Source of the DNA: Hadesarchaea archaeon
GTDB lineage: Archaea > Hadarchaeota > Hadarchaeia > Hadarchaeales > Hadarchaeaceae
Direction: 5' to 3'
Assembly (NCBI GenBank): GCA_004375695.1
Contig: SOKQ01000014.1
Coordinates: 2,067-66,066, forward strand
DNA length: 64,000 nucleotides
Below, in pieces: positions 42,130-49,439 of the stretch. The notes under the pieces are model-generated. The model searched no databases, was not told where the DNA came from, and was given only the letters and a program-made list of their open reading frames with translations. The position numbers and the translations under genes are program-made. Every line of letters begins with the position of its first letter. Position 1 is the first letter of the stretch.

Positions 42130-42217
42130 GCCGGGGTAGCCTAGCCAGGTAAGGCGCAGGTTTGGAGAACCTGTGGTCCTTTGGGCCTCAGGGGTTCGAA
42201 TCCCCTCCCCGGCGCCA
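42130..42217 (+). tRNA. tRNA-Ser(GGA), class II, CCA encoded; attL of the integrated element
   Basis: Acceptor GCCGGGG/CCCCGGC, anticodon arm CAGGT-TTGGAGA-ACCTG, long variable arm, T-arm AGGGG-TTCGAAT-CCCCT. Confidence 0.9.
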
Positions 42218-42479
42218 CCTTTCGAACGGAAGGGGCGTTATTGGGAGAGTTTCCGTTTTCACCCGCGTTACGGAATTCCGTTGCACCGTTACAGTTTTCC
42301 GTAACGCTTGAGAGAACTTGGAGCAGCCATCGCCTCGACCAGTCGTTGCGCTTGAGCACCGGAACTTCGTGCTCGAACTTCAGCAGTTTGGCCCGGATGC
42401 GGTGCTTCATCACGCGGTCATAATCGGGGTTGCCGGTTCCACCTTCCGTCAAAAATTTGAGTTCGGACTTACTCAGCAT
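42141..42479 (-). pseudogene. SSV-type integrase, N-terminal partition int(N), reading into the tRNA
   Basis: ORF ends ...VRKVAPGRGFEPLRPKGPQVLQTCALPG, with the last ~25 aa encoded antisense to the tRNA-Ser 3' half. Confidence 0.75.
42159..42227 (+). repeat. att direct repeat, copy L (69 bp, anticodon loop to 10 nt past CCA)
   Basis: 68/69 identical to 44303-44371 (single t/g difference at 42188 vs 44332), counted by hand. Confidence 0.9.
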
Positions 42480-42483
42480 GGTT

Positions 42484-42630
42484 TCACTCCGCCCCCCGCT
42501 TTCCCTTTAACCGAGCGATCGCCTCTTTGAGGGCGTTCTCGGAGATTTTTGAAAGGTTTAGCCCGGCCTCTTTTGCGGCGCGCACTACTTGATTATCGAT
42601 ATACAAGGTCACTTTCCCTTTTTTGCCCAT
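42484..42630 (-). CDS. Small ribbon-helix-helix (CopG/antitoxin-like) protein, 48 aa
   Basis: Hand-translated MGKKGKVTLYIDNQVVRAAKEAGLNLSKISENALKEAIARLKGKRGAE; stop lies 4 nt upstream of the int(N) ATG. Confidence 0.5.
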   Translation of the reverse strand: MGKKGKVTLYIDNQVVRAAKEAGLNLSKISENALKEAIARLKGKRGAE

Positions 42631-42898
42631 GTCATCAGCCCCTACGGATATATACGTATAACCTTATAAACCTTGTCGTTCTCGGTAAATTAAATATTGA
42701 CTAACGTGTTTTTTTAAATTGGGATAAAAACGGAAATAGGTCTACTGTTGATTATCATCGGCGCTGCAATTGGGGCCGGCCCGAAAATCGGAATCGCCAT
42801 CCCTGGAGGGATACGTATCTCCGGCCCCATTGGCGGGATCGTTATCCTACTTGGGGCCCTAAGAATGCTTGAAATATTATGACATTCTTTTTGGATAG

Positions 42899-43174
42899 CG
42901 GGCCTCGAAACTTCATTTTCTAAAAGACTGTGAAATAGACAAAAGGAAAATAAAAGGGATTTTAACTGCCAATCATTTTTGCGAAAAAGTTCCAAAAGAA
43001 CGAGGAGACGCCTTCACCACAGATGCTGTCAAAGCAGCCGAGAAACACGGTGTGAGTCTTATAACAACCATAGATTTGTTTGAAGTTCTCGCACTTTTAG
43101 ATAAAGGAAAAATTTTGCAAAAAAACATACAAACTAAAATACTTAGTGGCGTAGGCGTTTGCATGTTGATATAG
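42899..43174 (+). pseudogene. Start-less ORF fragment, possibly the C-terminus of a nuclease-like protein
   Basis: Open frame ...GILTANHFCEKVPKERGDAFTTDAVKAAEKHGVSLITTIDLFEVLALL... without any start codon; family assignment is only a loose impression. Confidence 0.25.
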
Positions 43175-43182
43175 GGCACGTC

Positions 43183-43323
43183 TTAAGTTTTAAAATTTGA
43201 AAGCACCCGCAGGTTCGCGTTGTCGTATATCCGCTTCAATCGTTCGGGGCTGAAATCCGTGTAGTGCCGTGCTAAGACCGACCTCGGAACTCGACGGCAA
43301 AAACGCGCCAAAAACCAAGCGGA
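43183..43323 (-). pseudogene. Integrase C-terminal remnant (~45 aa)
   Basis: Hand translation: SAWFLARFCRRVPRSVLARHYTDFSPERLKRIYDNANLRVLSNFKT, preceded by an in-frame stop. Confidence 0.55.
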
Positions 43324-43501
43324 TTAGCAACGCTTTTTCTTTTTCGGATTTTTCTTCTTTCGCATCATAGATTTCACCATTGGAACATGTTCTGAGAAGA
43401 TAAAAGACTTTACCATTAGTTAGTTCATCACCTTGGCTTCACAATCTCATCGATTTTCGCGCGCCTTTACACGAGAACCTTCAACCCCGCCTTATCGTAG
43501 A
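43199..43501. repeat. ~300-bp repeat, copy 1 (integrase 3' end plus downstream remnant)
   Basis: Aligns by eye along its full length with 63685-63983, with scattered substitutions and small indels. Confidence 0.8.
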
Positions 43502-44362
43502 TCCGCTTCAACCGCTCCGAGCTGAAGTCTGTGTAGTGCCTTGCCAGCACGCTCCTCGGAACCCTTCCGCAGAAAGCATCCACGTATCGGTCGGCAACTC
43601 CCAACTCGCCCATCTCGGAGCAGAACCAATCTCTCAAGATTTGGGGCGTGATGTGAACTCCTGTTCGCTCCTTCCCTTGAACGTCTTCCGGACCGCCTTC
43701 TCCGAGAACAGTTTAGAATCCAGCGTTAGTTCCCCGCGCCCGTTGAGGTATTCTTTCAGCGCGTGCTTGGCCTCTTCGTTGAAAAATGTCGCCCATGTTC
43801 GTTTGGTCCGGCTGCCATCGCCTTTCGGCAAGACCGTGCGCCTTTCAAGGTCGATTTCCTTTAGCGCAAGGGAGATTAACTCATGCTTTCGCAACCCGGT
43901 TGTGGCATACATCAAGAAAATCGCTCTTTCTCTGGACGACTTGAGTGCGGTATAGAATTTTTGGACGTCCTCTTTTGTGGGGACTGTCTTGAGTTTGAAC
44001 GGCGTGTGGGGCAGCCTGAAACTTTCCACGACCTCGCCCATGCGCATGAAGTCCCTGAAGAACCGGCGCAATGCGATTATCAGGTTCGCCCGCGTTCGCT
44101 CGCGCTTCTCCTTAAATCCTGCGAGATAATTTCGGATGTCGACATCCGTGATCCCGCTAGGGGCTTTCTTAACTGATTTAAAGAAGCGCCTAATTTTCTG
44201 CGCGTGCCCCTTAACCGTATTCTCACGTAATTGTAGGTCAACTTCGCAGAACTGTTTAAAGGAGGCGAGCAACCCGTCCACGTCTAAGGGCGATAAGTTC
44301 TGGGTTTGGAGAACCTGTGGTCCTTTGGGCCGCAGGGGTTCGAATCCCCTCCCCGGCGCCAC
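43467..44362 (-). pseudogene. SSV-type integrase, C-terminal partition int(C), with a frameshift
   Basis: ORF 43634..44362 starts in attR (VAPGRGFEPL...). The catalytic end KERTGVHITPQILRDWFCSEMGELGVADRYVDAFCGRVPRSVLARHYTDFSSERLKRIYDKAGLKVLV is in another frame. The shift is at the G-run near 43672-43677. Confidence 0.8.
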
Positions 44363-44371
44363 CTTTCGAAC
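44303..44371 (+). repeat. att direct repeat, copy R (partial tRNA-Ser 3' half)
   Basis: 68/69 identical to 42159-42227. Confidence 0.9.
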
Positions 44372-44390
44372 ATCTTAATAAGTTCCTCGA

Positions 44391-44404
44391 TGAATTTAAG
44401 AAAG
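44391..44404 (+). promoter_or_regulatory. TATA-like box (tgaatttaagaaag) for the S13 operon, implying a near-leaderless transcript
   Basis: AT-rich box centred about 26 nt upstream of ATG 44423, in native sequence just past attR. Confidence 0.3.
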
Positions 44405-44422
44405 ACCTAGTTGGCGATTCGA

Positions 44423-44986
44423 ATGCCAGAAGAATTCAAGCACATCGTGCGGCTCGCGGGGAAGGACCTGACTGGCGGGAAGCAGGTCCAGCTAGCGCTA
44501 GCTGACCTGAAGGGCGTGAGTTCGACCTCTGCCCGAGCTGTCGCTTATGTCGCAGATATCGACCCATTCACGAAGCTTGGCAACTTGAACAAAGAGCAGG
44601 TAGGACGCCTCGAGCAAGTCTTAAAAAATCCGGCCGAGCACGGGATCCCGAGCTGGATGTTCAACCGGAGAAAGGATTACGATACTGGCAAGGACCTCCA
44701 CCTCTTGAGTGCGGACGTGGCGATGGCGATGCGCGCCGACATCGGGCGCGAGCGTAGAGTTCGAAGTCGTCGAGGCATTAGGCATGAGCTTGGTCTGTCC
44801 GTGCGAGGGCAGCGAACGCGCACCACTGGTCGCAAGGGCCTAGTCGTGGGGGTGAAGCGCAAGGAAATTCGCATACGCGAGGAAGCCGCGAAAGCCGGGA
44901 AGGGCAGGCGGGAGAAGAAAGAAGGGGTAACGAAAGAAGAGGAGAAGAAAGAAGGAGAGAAGAAAGAAGGAGAGAAGAAAGAATGA
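44423..44986 (+). CDS. rps13: 30S ribosomal protein S13 with Lys/Glu-rich C-terminal tail
   Basis: MPEEFKHIVRLAGKDL start (ATG within ORF 44411..44986); tail EKKEG x3 from 3 x 15-bp repeats at 44942-44986. Confidence 0.95.
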   Translation: MPEEFKHIVRLAGKDLTGGKQVQLALADLKGVSSTSARAVAYVADIDPFTKLGNLNKEQVGRLEQVLKNPAEHGIPSWMFNRRKDYDTGKDLHLLSADVAMAMRADIGRERRVRSRRGIRHELGLSVRGQRTRTTGRKGLVVGVKRKEIRIREEAAKAGKGRREKKEGVTKEEEKKEGEKKEGEKKE

Positions 44987-45573
44987 AGCGCCAGCGAAAG
45001 AAATATCTCAGGCCCCTACACCCTTGGGAAAAAGAGCGGTCGGACGCCGAGGACAAACTCCTCCGCCAATACGGGCTCCGTCGAAAGGAGGAGATATGGC
45101 GGATCCAGACCCTACTTCGAAACTTCAGGCGGCAAGCCCGGCACCTGCTCGCCGTATCGGGCCCTCAAACGGAACTCGAGACCAAACAACTTCTAATGCG
45201 TCTCCGCCGTCTTGGACTTGTAGGCGAGGATGCGACGCTTGATGACGTGCTCGGCTTGAACATCGAGAACCTGCTTGATCGCCGCCTCCAAACGCTCATC
45301 CATCGCAAGGGTCTGGCTCGGACGCCGCAGCAGGCCCGACAGCTTGTGCTTCATGGCCATATAGCTATCGCAGGCAAACAAGTCAGCGTGCCGAGCTACT
45401 TGGTACCTCTTGAGGAGGAGGGTGTAATTGGGTACGTAGAGGGTTCGTCTTTTAAGGTTCAACCACAGCCCGAAGCCCCAGCGGCCGAAACCATTATTGA
45501 GGAGAAGGTGGAAACCCGACCCGAGGAGGCTGAGGGTGGGGCCGAAGCGCAACCTAAGGAGGAAACAGCATGA
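44983..45573 (+). CDS. rps4: 30S ribosomal protein S4
   Basis: 196 aa; S4 RNA-binding domain; ATGA overlap with S13. Confidence 0.95.
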   Translation: MKRQRKKYLRPLHPWEKERSDAEDKLLRQYGLRRKEEIWRIQTLLRNFRRQARHLLAVSGPQTELETKQLLMRLRRLGLVGEDATLDDVLGLNIENLLDRRLQTLIHRKGLARTPQQARQLVLHGHIAIAGKQVSVPSYLVPLEEEGVIGYVEGSSFKVQPQPEAPAAETIIEEKVETRPEEAEGGAEAQPKEETA

Positions 45574-45959
45574 CAGACGAGAAGTGGGGAGTCGCTCATA
45601 TTTACTCATCGTTCAACAACACTATCATCCACATCACCGATCTCACCGGGGCCGAGACCGTGGCCCGCTGGTCGGGAGGCATGGTGGTCAAGGCCGATCG
45701 AGAGGAGTCCTCACCCTACGCGGCGATGCAGGCTGCGATGCGCGCGGCTGAGGAGGCGATGGAGAAGGGCTTCACGGGCATTCACATCAAAGTGCGTGCG
45801 CCGGGCGGGGGCGGTTCGAGGAGCCCTGGCCCCGGAGCGCAGGCTGCAATTCGAGCACTAGCGCGGGCGGGTTTAAGGATTGGGAGAATTGAGGACACCA
45901 CGCCGACGCCGCACGATGGATGTAGACGACCTGGGGGGAGAAGAGGCCGCCGAGTATGA
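45570..45959 (+). CDS. rps11: 30S ribosomal protein S11
   Basis: [18 protein letters not shown] motif. Confidence 0.95.
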   Translation: MTDEKWGVAHIYSSFNNTIIHITDLTGAETVARWSGGMVVKADREESSPYAAMQAAMRAAEEAMEKGFTGIHIKVRAPGGGGSRSPGPGAQAAIRALARAGLRIGRIEDTTPTPHDGCRRPGGRRGRRV

Positions 45960-45968
45960 GGTGAAAAA

Positions 45969-46757
45969 ATGGAACTCAAAATCCGAAAGCTCAAAGGTAA
46001 CGAGATGGAATTCGTGCTCTCTGGCGCTAACCCAGCCTTCGCGAATGCCCTCCGTCGGACCGCGCTGCGCGAAGTACCGGTGATGGCAATCGACGAAGTC
46101 GAGTTCAACGTCAATGATTCGGCAATGTACGACGAGATTCTCGCACACCGACTCGCGTTAGTCCCCCTTCGCACGCCCCTGAAAGGCTACAACCTACCCG
46201 GTGAGTGCGGCTGTCGGGAAGGGAGCTGCCCGAAGTGCAGCGTGGGCCTGACGCTCAAGCGCGAGGGGCCCGTGACCACACTCAGTGGCGATCTGAAGTC
46301 GACCGATGAAGAGGTCGTGCCGGTGAGCGGCTCGGTCCCGATTATCAAGCTCGAGAAGGGACAGCACCTCGAGTTGACTGCCATCGCGCGCTTGGGATTT
46401 GGCAAGGAGCACGCGAGATGGCAACCTGGGGTGGCCGCGTACAAGTACATGCCAGTGTTCGAGCTTGACGAAAAAGCGTGCGACGGTTGCGGTGCCTGTG
46501 TCAAAGCCTGCCCGGTGAACATCATCGAGCTCGCCGGAAAAAAACCGAAAATCAGCGATATAATGCTATGCACGATGTGCAAAGCCTGCGCCGAGGCTTG
46601 CCCGCCCAAAGCAATCCGAATAGGAAGCGATCCCACGAAGTTCATCTTCCACATCGAGTCGACGGGAAGCATGCCCCCCGAACAGATTCTCCTTAAGGCA
46701 ATTGGGATCCTCGAGGGCAAGGCCAATGAATTTTCAAAGCAAGTGAAGAAACTCTAA
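45969..46757 (+). CDS. rpoD: DNA-directed RNA polymerase subunit D (Rpo3) with ferredoxin-like Cys clusters
   Basis: 262 aa; CDGCGACVKACP and CTMCKACAEACP motifs. Confidence 0.95.
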   Translation: MELKIRKLKGNEMEFVLSGANPAFANALRRTALREVPVMAIDEVEFNVNDSAMYDEILAHRLALVPLRTPLKGYNLPGECGCREGSCPKCSVGLTLKREGPVTTLSGDLKSTDEEVVPVSGSVPIIKLEKGQHLELTAIARLGFGKEHARWQPGVAAYKYMPVFELDEKACDGCGACVKACPVNIIELAGKKPKISDIMLCTMCKACAEACPPKAIRIGSDPTKFIFHIESTGSMPPEQILLKAIGILEGKANEFSKQVKKL

Positions 46758-46795
46758 GAAGATTAAAATCTACACAGCACATAATTTTGCTTGGC

Positions 46796-46902
46796 GCGGG
46801 GGTGGCCGAGTCAGGTCAAAGGTCTAACGACCGACTAAAGGTGCCAGCTTGAGGGGCTGGTCCCGTAGGGGTTCGCGGGTTCAAATCCCGTCCCCCGCAC
46901 CA
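46796..46902 (+). tRNA. tRNA-Leu(GAG), class II, with ~19-nt insertion (intron) in the D-arm region, CCA encoded
   Basis: Acceptor GCGGGGG/CCCCCGC, anticodon arm CCAGC-TTGAGGG-GCTGG, variable arm tcccgtaggggttc, T-arm GCGGG-TTCAAAT-CCCGT. Extra tctaacgaccgactaaagg lies between GTCAAAGG and TGCCAGC. Confidence 0.7.
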
Positions 46903-46953
46903 TTTTACCAGTAAGCTATTTATGGGCCAAAATCTATCTAAATTTGGGTTTGA

Positions 46954-47475
46954 ATGGGAAAAACCGAGACGATAAAGAAAAGGGCCGTGTACGTCTACCT
47001 GCCCTCAGAGGAAACGGCCGAGCGGTGGAAGCAGCTGGCCAAGCGATCTCACGCATCTATATCGAAGTTCGTCATCGAGCGCGTTGAGGACTCGCTCCAC
47101 GGGGAAGGGGAAGAGGGATACCCAAAGCGCGCCGAGCTCATAAAGCAATTGAAGGAACTCGGGGCAACTTTGGCGGCGCGTGAGCAGGAGAACGAGATTC
47201 TGAGACGCGCTTACGAGAGGCTGGACTCCGAACTCAGGCGCTACAGGGCTCAACCATTTCTCGAGGAAGGATTTCAAGGGGTGAGGAGATACGACCGGAA
47301 ATTGGTGAACGTGTTGAGGCAGGGAAAGGTCGTCGGCAGCGATGAGATACTGGAGAGGCTAGGGATCGAGCCCAGCGAAGCCGATTTGGTCAAGGCCGTG
47401 AGCAGGCAGCTTGAGGGCCTCGAGGCATACGGATTGGTAAAAGCCACCGCGAGGGGATGGAAATGGACGGGCTGA
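46954..47475 (+). CDS. RHH-like N-terminus / coiled coil / wHTH-like C-terminus DNA-binding protein
   Basis: 173 aa; KKRAVYVYLPSEETAERWKQLAKRSHASISKFVIERV (RHH-like); overlaps the integrase start. Confidence 0.45.
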   Translation: MGKTETIKKRAVYVYLPSEETAERWKQLAKRSHASISKFVIERVEDSLHGEGEEGYPKRAELIKQLKELGATLAAREQENEILRRAYERLDSELRRYRAQPFLEEGFQGVRRYDRKLVNVLRQGKVVGSDEILERLGIEPSEADLVKAVSRQLEGLEAYGLVKATARGWKWTG

Positions 47476-48428
47476 CTTTATCCCAGTATTCTGGGCAACA
47501 TCGGGTTCCCGGCACTCAGGAGCTGATCGGGGGATTCGAACAGGACTGCACGGACCGGGGGCTCACCGGGGAGACAACGAGGCACTACGTACACGTGCTG
47601 AAGCTCTTCTCGAGATTCGTCGAGAGTCAGGGCATCTCCCCCCTCGATGTCGACAAGTACGTGCTGAGGAATTTCATTCGACACAGGCGGGCCGGGGGGG
47701 TGGAGTCGAAGACGTTGAAGAACGAGCTATCAGCCCTGTCAGCGTTCTACGGTTATCTCTGCTTCGAGGGCCTCGTGCAGACCAACCCCATCTCCCCGGT
47801 CCGAAAGCGGTTCCTAAAGGGTTACAAGGGAGGGCTGGATGACCCGCAGAGGAAGCTGATTTCGGTGGGGGAGATGGCGAAGCTCGTGAACTCCGTGCTG
47901 GATCCCAGGGATAAGGCGATAATCCTCTTGCTTGCTAAAACAGGCGTGCGGAGGGGTGAACTCATATCCATGGATGTGGACGACATAGACTGGGCCAAAC
48001 AATCGATAATCCTCAAGCCCAAGCGGAAAAGAAGCAACAGGATCGTATTTTTCGACGACGAGTGCGCGAGGGCATTAAAGCGCTGGCTGAAGGTGAGGGG
48101 TGAGCTCAAACCGAAAACCGAGGCGCTCTTCGTCGGGGCTGGATGGGTTCGGCTGAAGCGAAATGGAGTTTACTCGCTCGTATGCAAGCACGCTCAAAGG
48201 GTCGGGCTTCACGATTCCAAGTCGCCCAAGCTCGAAGATCATCTCACTCCGCACTGCTTCAGGCACTGGTTCACGACGTGGTTGCGAAAAAATGGGATGT
48301 CCCGCGAGTTCATCCAAGAACTCAGAGGGGACAGGCGGAAGGAGGCTATAGACATATACGACCACATAGACCGCGCTGAGCTGAGAAAAGCGTACTTAGC
48401 CTGCATCCCGCAGCTCGGCGTAGCTTGA
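47457..48428 (+). CDS. Tyrosine recombinase/integrase (XerC/D-like, non-partitioned)
   Basis: TGVRRGEL (Arg I), HLTPHCFRHWF (H-x-x-R), GDRRKEAIDIYDH (His/Tyr region); 323 aa. Confidence 0.85.
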   Translation: MEMDGLTLSQYSGQHRVPGTQELIGGFEQDCTDRGLTGETTRHYVHVLKLFSRFVESQGISPLDVDKYVLRNFIRHRRAGGVESKTLKNELSALSAFYGYLCFEGLVQTNPISPVRKRFLKGYKGGLDDPQRKLISVGEMAKLVNSVLDPRDKAIILLLAKTGVRRGELISMDVDDIDWAKQSIILKPKRKRSNRIVFFDDECARALKRWLKVRGELKPKTEALFVGAGWVRLKRNGVYSLVCKHAQRVGLHDSKSPKLEDHLTPHCFRHWFTTWLRKNGMSREFIQELRGDRRKEAIDIYDHIDRAELRKAYLACIPQLGVA

Positions 48429-48441
48429 TTTCTATAAAGGT

Positions 48442-49071
48442 TCAGCGGAAGGACCAAAACAATGCCGAGTCCAAGACCTTTGGATCCTCTTTTATTTTTT
48501 TCACGTCAAAGGTGATTGCAACTCGGAGTTTGCCGTCCTGGACTATTTTCTTCCTAAACTCCGGGCTCTCTGCCAGCACCTTCAAAGCTCTCCAAATGTT
48601 CTCCGAGAAACTTGCTAGGTCCTCTTTATCTGTTGGCTCAGGTGAGAGGTCAATGCAAATGTTTTCGGCTAGGCTCGTTCTAAGCCGCTCAACCCTCTCA
48701 CGTACTTTCTCATCCGCGATGTATGCGTGCTTCGAGCCGAGAAAAGCTGCGGTAAAGCCGAGTAAAAGCCTATGAGTCTTTGATTTGCTCATGAAATGAC
48801 TCACAAGACCGAGACGCCTAAGTTCCGCTTCTACCCTTTTGTTTACGGCTGCTCTTAAAGGTGACTCGGAAACTGAGCTGAGTACTTGGAGCCCCAAGAG
48901 AGTTGTTCTGTATCCTTCATCACTTTTCTCCAAGAATTTCGAGTCAACGAGTTCATTTAAATGTTTGTTCAATGTTTTATCCGTAACTGAGAGCGCACTC
49001 TTTAGCTCAATCCATCTCATTTTCTTCTTTGAGCATTCAAGAAGAATTTTCTTCTTTGGTTCGGTTAACAT
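48442..49071 (-). CDS. wHTH-domain protein with unknown C-terminal domain
   Basis: N-terminus MLTEPKKKILLECSKKKMRWIELKSALSVTDKTLNKHLNELVDSKFLEKSDEGY is wHTH-like; start moved to the second Met, consistent with an upstream TATA-like box. Confidence 0.5.
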   Translation of the reverse strand: MLTEPKKKILLECSKKKMRWIELKSALSVTDKTLNKHLNELVDSKFLEKSDEGYRTTLLGLQVLSSVSESPLRAAVNKRVEAELRRLGLVSHFMSKSKTHRLLLGFTAAFLGSKHAYIADEKVRERVERLRTSLAENICIDLSPEPTDKEDLASFSENIWRALKVLAESPEFRKKIVQDGKLRVAITFDVKKIKEDPKVLDSALFWSFR

Positions 49072-49132
49072 AGCAGGGCACCCCATGCAAAGTATTTATG
49101 GGCTACGGTATAAAAAAGTACTGGTGCTGTGC
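49072..49132. promoter_or_regulatory. Divergent promoter region with two TATA-like boxes
   Basis: cataaata on the minus strand (49093-49100) and tataaaaaag on the plus strand (49109-49118), between the divergent genes. Confidence 0.3.
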
Positions 49133-49438
49133 ATGGTATACCCTGCCCTGCCAAGAAAAAGCGTTAAAAACCACGGTGTTCAAGGCCTGGGAAAATGGGA
49201 GGAGGCGGTCGGGAAGATCTCGGCCGTCGATGAGAGTTGCGGCTTGCTCACCGTTGAGTTGAACATCGGTTCTCTGACATTTCCAGCTGATAGTCTTGAG
49301 GCGAATACTATCCGTACACGTCTGAAAAACGCTGCAGGGGACACCGTGGCCATTTTGCGTACAGATCTGGCTAGCCAGCCCATTGCCGTAAGAATCCTCG
49401 AAAAGAACAAGGTGAATTCGGGTGGCGGGGGTGATTAA
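49133..49438 (+). CDS. Small hypothetical protein (~101 aa)
   Basis: Non-overlapping part of ORF 48839..49438; stop lies 1 nt before the ATG of the next gene. Confidence 0.35.
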   Translation: MVYPALPRKSVKNHGVQGLGKWEEAVGKISAVDESCGLLTVELNIGSLTFPADSLEANTIRTRLKNAAGDTVAILRTDLASQPIAVRILEKNKVNSGGGGD

Positions 49439-49439
49439 G

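Larger units (their letters stand above)
42159..44371. mobile_element. Decayed integrated element with SSV-type (partitioned) integrase at tRNA-Ser(GGA)
   Basis: attL-int(N)...int(C)-attR architecture; both int halves on the minus strand share the att-encoded peptide APGRGFEPLRPKGPQVLQT in the same frame. Confidence 0.8.

Noticed and set aside
42714-42995. 93-aa minus-strand ORF in the decayed tRNA-Ser(GGA) element. A possible small Gly-rich membrane peptide lies on the plus strand around 42750-42880.
   Set aside because: The minus ORF has no features. The plus-strand frame (…LIIIGAAIGAGPKIGIAIPGGIRISGPIGGIVILLGALRMLEIL) lacks a canonical start other than an internal TTG. Neither is supportable.
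44880-44986. Short tandem repeats here and at 56740-56874 were checked as possible CRISPR-like arrays.
   Set aside because: The units are 15 and 9 nt long, contiguous without spacers, and in frame inside genes. No CRISPR array is present anywhere in the window.
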